The notes below the pieces were generated by a model that made no database searches, was not told the origin of the DNA, and saw nothing but the letters and a program-made list of their open reading frames with translations. From positions 1,760,001 through 1,824,000 of the forward strand of contig OZ244650.1 of assembly GCA_965218785.1 (NCBI GenBank): a stretch of DNA of 64,000 nt, read 5' to 3'. Both the position numbers and the translations under genes were made by a program. Shown here piece by piece: positions 1 through 8,817 of the stretch (the first letter of the stretch is position 1; each line of letters opens with the position of its first letter). Origin of the DNA: Nitrosopumilus sp. GTDB taxonomy: Archaea > Thermoproteota > Nitrososphaeria > Nitrososphaerales > Nitrosopumilaceae.

Positions 1-563
1 TTTTCTAATCTTAGTACATTACTTCCATCTTCTAGTGGAATGGTGTATGCGTCTCCTTCTGCATTATGAATTCCATCATCAACACCTATGAATTGTCCAG
101 CATATGACATTGTTGGTTCTTCCATCGTCATTTCCTCCTGTTCCATCATTTCTTCTTCCATCATCATTTCCTCTTCCATCATCATTTCTTTTTCCATCAT
201 CATCTCCTCTTTCATCATCATTTCCTCTTCCATCGTCATTTCCTCCTGTTCCATCATTTCTTCTTCCATCATCATCTCCTCTTTCATCATCATTTCCTCT
301 TCCATCGTCATTTCCTCCTGTTCCATCATCATCTCCTCTTTCATCATCATTTCTTCTTCTTGTTCCATCATCATTTCCTCCTCTTTCATCATCATTTCCT
401 CTTGTTTCATCATTTCTTCAGTGTCTGTTAGCGTTGATGGAGTAATAGCACCGGATGGTAATGGCTCATCTATAGTTGATTCTGTAAAGTATGGTGATAC
501 AGCAGCTACTGCTCCTGCTCCAACTATGATTACTGCAATAATTATTATCATAGATTTGTTCAT
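1..563 (-). CDS. Membrane-anchored DM13-domain protein with a long Met/Glu-rich linker (3' end runs off the window)
   Basis: Manual minus-strand translation from ATG 563: MNKSMIIIIAVIIVGAGAVAAVSPYFTESTIDEPLP, then (EEMMMK/EQEEMTME)n, then YAGQFIGVDDGIHNAEGDAYTIPLEDGSNVLRLE, typical of a DM13 domain start. Not in the ORF track because the stop lies outside the window. Confidence 0.8.
   Translation of the reverse strand, partial: MNKSMIIIIAVIIVGAGAVAAVSPYFTESTIDEPLPSGAITPSTLTDTEEMMKQEEMMMKEEEMMMEQEEEMMMKEEMMMEQEEMTMEEEMMMKEEMMMEEEMMEQEEMTMEEEMMMKEEMMMEKEMMMEEEMMMEEEMMEQEEMTMEEPTMSYAGQFIGVDDGIHNAEGDAYTIPLEDGSNVLRLE
115..420 (-). repeat. Low-complexity coding tandem repeat (catcatcatttcctc-type units) encoding a Glu/Met-rich tract
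   Basis: Imperfect 15-21 bp units such as tccatcatcatttcctct and tccatcgtcatttcctcctgt recur many times. Confidence 0.9.
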
Positions 564-697
564 AACTCTGTGATATGGGTTTGGTATATAACATGTTTCA
601 CAGTTTAGACCCCAATCTTTAGGCACAAAATATGATCAATTAGCACATATGTCTTTTCTCGTAAGGTAATTTAGTAGGATCTCGGTGCCAGAATCAA

Positions 698-1225
698 ATG
701 GAACCATTTGATTCATTTCTGGTCTGGATTACAGAATTTTTAGGAAACCATCTCTATGAGGGAATATTTTTAGCCGCTATAATTGAGACCATAATTCCGC
801 CGATTCCAACCCTGGCAGTATTTCCAACTGCGGGATTTTTGGCATCTCAGCAAGGAATTCCGATAATTGATGTAATTCCAATGATTGTTCTTGGTGGGAT
901 CGGCGCTACCATTGGAACCTCTGCAATTTACTTGATTGCCTTAAAGCTTGGGAGGATTGTCTTGCTTCGATATCTGAAATATCTAAGGATATCAGAGCAG
1001 AAATTAGAGCGGGTTGAGATTTGGTTTGCAAAATATGGGGACAAGGCAGTGTTTCTGGGAAGAATGATTCCAGTTATGAGAGAGATGATTTCAGTTCCAG
1101 CAGGACTCCTTAAAATGAAAATTCCAAAGTTTGTACTATTTACATTTGCAGGTTCTTGCATTTGGTCTGCTGTAACAATTTTGGCAGGATATTACTTTGG
1201 TGAGGCACTAAATCTCGGCATTTAA
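698..1225 (+). CDS. DedA family membrane protein
   Basis: ETIIPPIP, FAKYGDKAVFLGRMIPVMREMISVPAG motifs. Confidence 0.9.
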   Translation: MEPFDSFLVWITEFLGNHLYEGIFLAAIIETIIPPIPTLAVFPTAGFLASQQGIPIIDVIPMIVLGGIGATIGTSAIYLIALKLGRIVLLRYLKYLRISEQKLERVEIWFAKYGDKAVFLGRMIPVMREMISVPAGLLKMKIPKFVLFTFAGSCIWSAVTILAGYYFGEALNLGI

Positions 1226-1230
1226 AAATA

Positions 1231-1413
1231 TTATTCGGTCGCTGCATTTAGTAGATGATAATTCAAACTAGTGAGATTGCATTGTATGTGATGTTGAATC
1301 TGTGATCTTTCATCGCAGTTTTTACAATAAAACTCGATTCCTTTTTTGCAAACATCGCATTTTATGCTGATCTCCTGTTCACTTCCACATTTTTTACATG
1401 CGTCAATTCTCAT
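1231..1413 (-). CDS. Small Cys-rich (zinc-finger-like) protein
   Basis: 60 aa with three CxxC pairs and H-x-x-C. Confidence 0.65.
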   Translation of the reverse strand: MRIDACKKCGSEQEISIKCDVCKKGIEFYCKNCDERSQIQHHIQCNLTSLNYHLLNAATE

Positions 1414-1765
1414 GGCTTGCGTATTGTAAAATTTCTTTTAAACCATTTGAAAATTAGAATCAGCTAATTAGTGACAGCTAATATTATTCTCATTATAGAG
1501 AATGAGAATGGGTGATTTAGTATCATATTTTTTGAAATTTACAGGATTCCCAAAATCGCCATTACCATTGGAATTCGTGGCTTATCTCTTGCCAGAACCT
1601 ATACTAGCATTATTTCCAACATAATCTGCCAGAACCGTCAATCATCGTGTAATTATGCAGAATTACATGAGAAAACTTTTGTATTTTCTTGGCAAAACAA
1701 CCAATTTAATTTCATTTAGACCTTACAGAAATATCTAAATCATAATCAGTTCCCATATAATCATC

Positions 1766-3046
1766 TTGGAACTGCCGCGAGGAATGAAGGATTTTGAAGA
1801 ATCTGAAACTGCAAACATTGAGCACGTCAGGCATCATTTCAAGCAATTATCAAATTTGTATGGATTTTCATTTATGGATCCATCCCCAATTGAGCTGCTC
1901 TCAGTACTGGAAACAAAGTCAGGCCCTGCAATCAAAGACGAAATCTACTATTTCAAAGACAAGGGAGAACGTGAAGTGGCATTACGGTTTGATTTTACAG
2001 TCGGATTAACAAGATTCGCAGCGTCTCAGAAATCAATTAAACTTCCAGTCAAAATCTCAAGCTTTGGCGGAGTATTCAGATATGACGAGCCTCAAAAGGG
2101 CAGATATCGGTACTTTCACCAGTGGGATATAGAGATTTATGGCAAGCCAGGACTGGAATCAGAATCTGAAATCATTGAACTGACATCTAGATTATTTGAT
2201 TCCTTACTCCTCCGAGATATCACAATTGACATTAACCACAGAAATCTTGTGGAATCCTACATCTGCAAGATATTTGATTCTACAGAACCGCAGCTAGTGG
2301 CAGACATTCTGCGAGCAATAGACAAGATTGCAAAAAAATCAAAAGATGAGATCCTAGCTGAATTCAGAGGCAGATATGACGTATCCAAGCTAGAAAAGAT
2401 TCTAGAATTTGCACAAATCAAGGGAGGCATTCATGAAGTAGAACACGCATTTGATGTATCGCAGTTAGAATCATGGGATGAGCTAAAACGGCTCTTTGAC
2501 TCGCTGGAAAATAGGGGAGTATCAAATATCAGAATTAATTTTGGGATTGTGAGGGGTCTTGACTACTATTCAGGAACAGTCTTTGAGGTATTTGATAAAA
2601 ATTCAACACTGGGAGCCCTAGCCGGTGGAGGACGATACGACTCTTTAACTAAAGCATTTGGTAGGGAAGACATTGGTGCAACCGGTGTTGCAGGCGGCGT
2701 GGAACGAATCATACTAACAATGCAGGCACAAAAGATAATTCCAGAACTGACACAAAAAAGAATTGCAGTGCTTTACACTAATAATGAGATGCAAAAAGTC
2801 GCAATGTCAATTGCGTCAATGCTAAGATTGGAAAACATTCCAACGGATATTGACATTGTGGGGCGTAATCTAAAAAAACAAATGGAACAGGCAAGAGATA
2901 CAAAACTTGCAATAATTGTTGGACCTGATGAGCTAAAAGAAGGAAACGTACTACTACGAGACATGGTTAATGGGACAGAAGGAACCATACCACTGGAAAA
3001 ACTGACCGAAGACCCCGGTTCTATTCTTAATTTAGAAAAGCCCTAG
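1766..3046 (+). CDS. hisS: Histidine--tRNA ligase
   Basis: PRGMKDF, LRFDFT, FRYDEPQKGRYRYFHQ, RGLDYYSG, GGGRYD, GVERI. Confidence 0.97.
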   Translation: MELPRGMKDFEESETANIEHVRHHFKQLSNLYGFSFMDPSPIELLSVLETKSGPAIKDEIYYFKDKGEREVALRFDFTVGLTRFAASQKSIKLPVKISSFGGVFRYDEPQKGRYRYFHQWDIEIYGKPGLESESEIIELTSRLFDSLLLRDITIDINHRNLVESYICKIFDSTEPQLVADILRAIDKIAKKSKDEILAEFRGRYDVSKLEKILEFAQIKGGIHEVEHAFDVSQLESWDELKRLFDSLENRGVSNIRINFGIVRGLDYYSGTVFEVFDKNSTLGALAGGGRYDSLTKAFGREDIGATGVAGGVERIILTMQAQKIIPELTQKRIAVLYTNNEMQKVAMSIASMLRLENIPTDIDIVGRNLKKQMEQARDTKLAIIVGPDELKEGNVLLRDMVNGTEGTIPLEKLTEDPGSILNLEKP

Positions 3047-3692
3047 TTAGCATCATAATTTCAGATCCCGTAGTAAGTGACCCCACTACAATGGCATTGT
3101 TGTTGGCCAAAATTCCAGATGAGACATAAGGAATTCCATTATTAATTGAACTTTGCTCAATTTTTACGCCTAGTAAATTGGCAAAAGTTTTCATGTCTTC
3201 CTCATCAGCTTCTGGATGAATTACCGCACCGGAATTGTTTGCAACAAGAACTACGCCGGTTTGATTAAATCCTGCAATTCTTTTCTGAATAACTTCCACT
3301 CCCAAAACATCACTAACTGTCTCACAGTCTGTATCTGACAACCACGGAGATACAACTGCACCCTTATCATTTGCACAAATCACATTTCCAAGTGCAGTAA
3401 ACTTTGAATCTAGGACTCCTACCTCCAAATCGGTCTCTTTTTTTATCAAATCATATTCATTTTGATATGCAGTCTTTGGCAATAGAATTCCTTTGTTATT
3501 CATTATACACAATGCGCCAATCAGTCTAGTGTTTGCAATTGATGTATACACTATATCTGCATCAAAATATTTTCCAAGCTTTTCTGCTTTGGATTCTGCA
3601 TACCCCATTGGAACCAATATCACGCTATCGTTTACTCTAATGTAGACCCCAAGGTTTGGCCCCCTATACACATCGGATTTGAAAATATCCAT
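3027..3692 (-). CDS. eif6: Translation initiation factor 6 (aIF6)
   Basis: NLGVY, ALGNVICANDKGAVV, GSLTTGSE. Confidence 0.95.
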   Translation of the reverse strand: MDIFKSDVYRGPNLGVYIRVNDSVILVPMGYAESKAEKLGKYFDADIVYTSIANTRLIGALCIMNNKGILLPKTAYQNEYDLIKKETDLEVGVLDSKFTALGNVICANDKGAVVSPWLSDTDCETVSDVLGVEVIQKRIAGFNQTGVVLVANNSGAVIHPEADEEDMKTFANLLGVKIEQSSINNGIPYVSSGILANNNAIVVGSLTTGSEIMMLTRAFLN

Positions 3693-3816
3693 ATTCCCAA
3701 AGTTGATCGTACATTGCTTATGAACGTAGGGAATTATTCGTACATATTTGATCTGTATTCGCCATGAAATTCCTTTTTTCTCTAGCTTTAAATAATATCT
3801 AAATCAAAATTGATTC

Positions 3817-4308
3817 ATGCCAATAGCAGAAAATTTTCCTGAAGGCCTAAATCCATTGGGTAAGATCTCAATATCTGATGGAAATTTCCACATCATGTGG
3901 GGTCCAGGAAGAACAGACGCCGAGGCATTCAAAGACGATGATGTGGTAGCAGCATACAAAGCGAGAGGGGAAGAACAAGTTCCTCTGGGTGTTAGCGGGA
4001 CAATGGTCGCAGTTGATTGGGACTCTTGTGTTGCAGATGGTGCATGTATTGAGGCCTGTCCGGTTCAGGTGTTCCAGTGGTATAGAACCGAAAAAGACAT
4101 TCCCGCAAAAGACATAGTTGGCCAAACCTTTGAGGGGACTGGCAGCGATGTCAAAGACGAGAGAAAGGATCTAACTGACAAGGCAGATCCAATAAGGGAG
4201 CATGATTGTATTTGGTGTATGGCATGTGTTTCAGTTTGTCCTCCTAATGCCATCAAAGTCGATCAATCAAATGTCGAGGCACACGAAAAAGCAGCTAAAA
4301 CATTATAA
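3817..4308 (+). CDS. Dicluster (7Fe-type) ferredoxin
   Basis: CVADGACIEACP and CIWCMACVSVCP; resembles Sulfolobus zinc-containing ferredoxin core. Confidence 0.93.
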   Translation: MPIAENFPEGLNPLGKISISDGNFHIMWGPGRTDAEAFKDDDVVAAYKARGEEQVPLGVSGTMVAVDWDSCVADGACIEACPVQVFQWYRTEKDIPAKDIVGQTFEGTGSDVKDERKDLTDKADPIREHDCIWCMACVSVCPPNAIKVDQSNVEAHEKAAKTL

Positions 4309-4371
4309 AATAAAGATTTAGTTGAGACTAATTTTATCTAACTTTAAATAATATTTCAAAATAATCCTATC

Positions 4372-4917
4372 ATGGTAGAATTAGTAATACCAGAGGACTT
4401 TTGTCACAATGATGTAAAGCCTGTCGGAAAGACAAAGCATTCTGATGGGGAAAATAAACATTTTATCTGGGGCAAAGGTAGCAAAAAAGGTGCGGCATTC
4501 TCAAATGACGACGTAAAAGCAGCTTATGAGGAAAAAGGGGAAAAACAAGTTCCTCTTGGAATTCATGGAACCACGGTTGCAGTCGATTGGGATTCATGTG
4601 TTGCAGCAGGCTCATGCATGAGTGTGTGTCCTGTTCAAACATTCCAGTGGTACAGAACTGAAAAAGATATTCCGGCAGCAGACTGCCTGGAAGAAACCTT
4701 TGATGGTACTGGTCTAACAGAACAAGATGAAAGATTAGACTATTCAGACAAATCACAGCCAATCAGAGAACATGATTGTACTGTTTGTATGGCATGTCAA
4801 GAAATCTGTCCTGAAGGTGCAATTAGAATTGAAGCATCTAACCAAGAATGGCACGAGAAAGCCGATGGCACATTTGTAAAAATGACAGGCGGCGGCGGCC
4901 CACACTCACACGATTAA
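4372..4917 (+). CDS. Dicluster ferredoxin, tandem paralogue
   Basis: LGIHGT, CVAAGSCMSVCP and CTVCMACQEICP; His-rich tail PHSHD. Confidence 0.93.
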   Translation: MVELVIPEDFCHNDVKPVGKTKHSDGENKHFIWGKGSKKGAAFSNDDVKAAYEEKGEKQVPLGIHGTTVAVDWDSCVAAGSCMSVCPVQTFQWYRTEKDIPAADCLEETFDGTGLTEQDERLDYSDKSQPIREHDCTVCMACQEICPEGAIRIEASNQEWHEKADGTFVKMTGGGGPHSHD

Positions 4918-4921
4918 AGAA

Positions 4922-4951
4922 ATTTTTTCTTTTTTCTTATTTTTCTATTTT
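4922..4951 (+). terminator. Oligo-T archaeal terminator after the ferredoxin pair
   Basis: attttttcttttttcttatttttctatttt directly after the stop codon. Confidence 0.6.
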
Positions 4952-4990
4952 ACCTCAACAGATTTTAATCACGTTTTTACACTACTTTCT

Positions 4991-5074
4991 GCAGAGGTCG
5001 CCTAGCTCGGTAGGGCGCGGGCCTTGAGAGCCTGTGTGCGCAAGCATACGGGGGTTCAAATCCCTCTCTCTGCG
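4991..5074 (+). tRNA. tRNA-Ser(TGA)
   Basis: GCAGAGG...TCTCTGC acceptor stem, anticodon loop CTTGAGA, long variable arm, GGTTCAAATCC T-arm. Confidence 0.93.
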
Positions 5075-5077
5075 CTT

Positions 5078-6028
5078 TTATTTTTCTAGATTTGCAAGTT
5101 CGGCCAACATTGCAGATAATTGAATCTCAGAATTTGCTCCAACTAGAATTCTATAATCATACTTTGCAATTACAGTTAGAATTTCAGCCAGTTTGACATG
5201 CTTTGATTTGAAGACCGCGGAATTAAGATATTTGAGAAAATCAGATTCAGACATTCCATAAACTTTGATTAATTCGATCATCTTCTCTCTGGCTTCTGTA
5301 ACCTTGCCAGATAATGTAATTTTTAGAACGTCATCAACATCACTGGTTTTTGTCAGACCCGCAGAAGATTTTACATTCTCTTCTGTAACTCCGCCAAGAC
5401 TTGCAGTTGCCTGCATCAGATTAATTGCATGTCTCAAGTCCCCCTCGGAATATTCATAAATTGCCTTGAGACCATTTTTGTCTGCTTTCACTTTTTCTTT
5501 TTTTGCAATCTCTTCTAGTCTTGGAATTACATCTTCCTCAGAAATTGATGTGAACTTGAAGGTAGCACATCTGCTTTGAATAGGTTCAATAATTTTTGAC
5601 ACGTTATTTGCAATTAGAATAAATCGGCAGATTTTTGCAGTATCTTCTATAATTCGCCTTAATGCCGTTTGAGCATCCGAAGTCATCTCGTCTGCTTCAT
5701 CTAAGATGATTATCTTAAATGGCACATCGGACATTCCTGCATATCTTGAAAATTTCTTGACCTTTTCTCTGACCATTCCAATTCCTCGCTCATCAGACGC
5801 ATTTAGCTCAAGGGTATGATCCCTAGAATAATCCCCCAAAACCTGTCTGGTAAGACACAGTGCGGTAGTTGTTTTTCCAACTCCGGCAGAACCTGAAAAC
5901 AGCAAGTGAGGCATATCTGTTGGATCCTTGATTAGCGCCTCTAAACTTCCAATAATTTCAGTCTGATTTACGATCTCTGAGAGCTTTGTTGGTCGGTATT
6001 TTTCTACCCACATACCTGCCGTAGACAT
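5078..6028 (-). CDS. rfcS: Replication factor C small subunit
   Basis: WVEKYRP, GSAGVGKTT, ELNASDERG, DEAD, IQSRC; start moved to MSTAGMWVEK. Confidence 0.96.
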   Translation of the reverse strand: MSTAGMWVEKYRPTKLSEIVNQTEIIGSLEALIKDPTDMPHLLFSGSAGVGKTTTALCLTRQVLGDYSRDHTLELNASDERGIGMVREKVKKFSRYAGMSDVPFKIIILDEADEMTSDAQTALRRIIEDTAKICRFILIANNVSKIIEPIQSRCATFKFTSISEEDVIPRLEEIAKKEKVKADKNGLKAIYEYSEGDLRHAINLMQATASLGGVTEENVKSSAGLTKTSDVDDVLKITLSGKVTEAREKMIELIKVYGMSESDFLKYLNSAVFKSKHVKLAEILTVIAKYDYRILVGANSEIQLSAMLAELANLEK

Positions 6029-6218
6029 ATGTTGATTAGATTCAGATCCCATTAATAAATCCGAATTGGTTATTATATCATACACCGCAAATTAAAACTA
6101 GTCGTGCTATAATATAGCGATCAGCCTGAGATCAGATAGGATCAATTGATCTAACTAAATTGTTAATAGAAATGATCGATCCAATTCATGAGGATCCAAG
6201 GGAGGATCAAGATCTCGT

Positions 6219-6749
6219 ATGGAAATTGATAATATAGAAAAAGTACACTCGATTGGGAACCGCCTAAAGGATGCCAAGGTTACAGTTAATCAGGATTTCA
6301 AGTTCAATGTGGCCGGAATCAAGACCGAAGGCAAACAGGGTGATGTGAACAATATGCCCCAGTGGGTCGGAAAGATACTCTCCGATAACAACATGGTAAC
6401 AATAGAGTCTCAGGATATGATCACTGAACTAAAGCAGGCATTATCAAAAGAAAAGATGGTAGGCGAGTACCAAATCTCAACATTAGAGCCCCATTTTTAC
6501 ATCAAACTAAAAGAATCCATGAAAGAACTGAATCAGCATGATTTTGACAAGGTTGAAAGTATTATGATACAATTGTTTAGAATGAGAAGAGGCAAGCTGG
6601 TAAAGATGGCCGATTCAATTAAACTAAACTCTGAACTCTACAACAAGCTAACTGTTGAAGAAAACATATTTTACAAAACTATCCGTGAAAATAGCATAGA
6701 GTTTGAAAAGCAGGTAATGGGAGATACAGATGAGCAGAGTTCAGACTAG
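6219..6749 (+). CDS. GINS complex subunit (GINS23-like)
   Basis: Directly upstream of and overlapping mcm; PQWVGKIL, LEPHFY, RRGKL, LTVEE. Confidence 0.8.
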   Translation: MEIDNIEKVHSIGNRLKDAKVTVNQDFKFNVAGIKTEGKQGDVNNMPQWVGKILSDNNMVTIESQDMITELKQALSKEKMVGEYQISTLEPHFYIKLKESMKELNQHDFDKVESIMIQLFRMRRGKLVKMADSIKLNSELYNKLTVEENIFYKTIRENSIEFEKQVMGDTDEQSSD

Positions 6750-8817
6750 TACATTTACAGATTCTGCATTATCAGATAAAGTAAAAGAATTCCTAATCCA
6801 ATTCAAAGACAAGTATGGCAATTACAAGTACGTAGATGCAATCGACGAGATGATGCCAAAGAATGCAAAATACATTATCGTTGATTACAATGACTTGGTG
6901 TATGAGCCAGAGATTGAGATTATATTTTCTGAAAATCCTGATAGAATATTTGATGCGTTCTCCAGGGCAATCAAGGAAGCGTTACAAACAAGATTTCCCG
7001 ATTATGCTGAAAAGATAAGTGATGAAGTTCGTGTCAGACTGGTAAACTATCCATTAGAACGCAGTCTAAGACAAATCAATGCTGAGACCATTGGAAAAAT
7101 CACCAGTGTTTCAGGAATGGTAGTTAGGGCATCAGAAGTAAAGCCACTTGCAAAAGAACTAGTCTTTGTATGTCCTGACGAGCATCCAACCATAGTGTAT
7201 CAGCTAAAGGGAATGGATGTCAAGATTCCAGTAGTATGTAATAATCCAAATTGTAAACACAGAGACTTTGAGTTAAAACCAGAAGCAAGCAAGTTTATCG
7301 ATTTTCAGATTCTCCGGTTACAGGAACTTCCAGAGGATTTGCCTCCAGGACAACTTCCCCACTATATTGACGTCACAATTAGGCAGGATCTGGTGGATAA
7401 TGCACGCCCTGGAGACAGGATTATCCTCACAGGTATAGTCAGAATTGAACAAGAATCCGTCTTGGGCGTTCAGAGGGGCCACAGTGGATTATACAGATTA
7501 AGGATTGAGGGAAACAACATTGAGTTTTTGGGAGGACGCGGTGCAAAGACCTCAAGAAAGATAGAAAGGGAAGAGATTTCTCCCGAGGAAGAAAGACAGA
7601 TTCGTGCGTTAAGTCAGAGCAATGACGTGTATCAGAGATTAATTGATTCGTTTGCACCACACATTCAAGGTCAGTCACTAATCAAGGAAGCTATCCTGTT
7701 ACTCATTGTCGGTTCTAATCAAAGACTGTTAGGTGACGGAAGTAAGATTAGGGGGGACATTAACATATTTCTAGTCGGAGATCCAGGTACTGCAAAGTCT
7801 GAGATGCTAAAGTTTTGTGCAAGAATTGCTCCAAGGGGTCTGTATACATCCGGCAGAGGTTCTACTGCCGCCGGTCTTACAGCAGCTGTTGTCAAAGACA
7901 AGACAGGAATTATGATGTTAGAAGCAGGTGCAGTCGTCCTCGGAGATCAAGGATTGGTGAGCATAGACGAATTTGACAAGATGAAGCCCGAGGACAGAAG
8001 TGCATTGCACGAAGTTATGGAACAACAGTCTGCAAGCATTGCAAAGGGCGGTATTGTTGCCACACTAAATGCCAGAACCTCAATTTTAGCTGCTGCAAAC
8101 CCAATGTATGGAAAGTATGATCCCTTCAAAAACATTACAGAAAATGTAAACTTGCCAATTCCATTACTGACTAGATTTGACTTGATATTTGTTGTAAGAG
8201 ATATTCCGACCAGAGAAAAAGACGAAAAGATTGCAAGACACATTATAGAACTGCATACTCCGCAGGGAACAGACAAGCGTTCTGTAATTGACGTTGATTT
8301 CCTGACAAAATATCTGGCACATGCAAAACGTGGCACTCCTGATTTGACAAAGGAGGCAGAAGAAAAAATTCTGGATTATTATCTTCATATGAGAAATGTG
8401 GAATCCGAAGAGATGATTACAGTTACACCAAGACAGTTGGAGGGAATCATCAGGCTATCTACTGCCAGGGCAAGATTACTCATGAAAAACAAGGTGGAAG
8501 AAGAGGATGCAGAGCGTGCAATCTTCCTTATTCAGAGCATGCTGCAAGATGCAGGAGTTGATGTCAACACCGGAAAGGTAGACCTTGGAGTATTGCAAGG
8601 AAAGCCAAGAAGCGAGGTCTCAAAGATGCAGTTATTCATGGATGTGCTCAAGGGTCTTGAAGGGGATAACAAGGTAGCAGTAGAAGAAAAGTCATTTGTA
8701 AAAGAACTAGAAAAGACTGAAAAATTTACTGAAGAAGAGGCAAGAACCTATATCAGAAGAATGCTCAGAGAAGCATCTATTTATGAATCAAAACCCGGTC
8801 ATTATAACCGGGTATGA
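6730..8817 (+). CDS. mcm: Replicative helicase MCM
   Basis: GDPGTAKS, IDEFDKM, AAANP, LLTRFDL, TPRQLE; no intein-sized insertion. Confidence 0.98.
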   Translation: MSRVQTSTFTDSALSDKVKEFLIQFKDKYGNYKYVDAIDEMMPKNAKYIIVDYNDLVYEPEIEIIFSENPDRIFDAFSRAIKEALQTRFPDYAEKISDEVRVRLVNYPLERSLRQINAETIGKITSVSGMVVRASEVKPLAKELVFVCPDEHPTIVYQLKGMDVKIPVVCNNPNCKHRDFELKPEASKFIDFQILRLQELPEDLPPGQLPHYIDVTIRQDLVDNARPGDRIILTGIVRIEQESVLGVQRGHSGLYRLRIEGNNIEFLGGRGAKTSRKIEREEISPEEERQIRALSQSNDVYQRLIDSFAPHIQGQSLIKEAILLLIVGSNQRLLGDGSKIRGDINIFLVGDPGTAKSEMLKFCARIAPRGLYTSGRGSTAAGLTAAVVKDKTGIMMLEAGAVVLGDQGLVSIDEFDKMKPEDRSALHEVMEQQSASIAKGGIVATLNARTSILAAANPMYGKYDPFKNITENVNLPIPLLTRFDLIFVVRDIPTREKDEKIARHIIELHTPQGTDKRSVIDVDFLTKYLAHAKRGTPDLTKEAEEKILDYYLHMRNVESEEMITVTPRQLEGIIRLSTARARLLMKNKVEEEDAERAIFLIQSMLQDAGVDVNTGKVDLGVLQGKPRSEVSKMQLFMDVLKGLEGDNKVAVEEKSFVKELEKTEKFTEEEARTYIRRMLREASIYESKPGHYNRV

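Noticed and set aside
115-420. Repeat tract as a CRISPR array
   Set aside because: Units are contiguous, codon-phased and have no unique spacers; no cas genes are in the window.
88-573. Plus-strand Ser/Ile-rich (161 aa) and Pro/Ser-rich (113 aa) ORFs
   Set aside because: Antisense shadows of the Met/Glu repeat; the minus strand encodes a coherent anchor plus DM13 domain.
5078-8817. Inteins in RFC or MCM
   Set aside because: Both proteins have normal length and continuous motifs.
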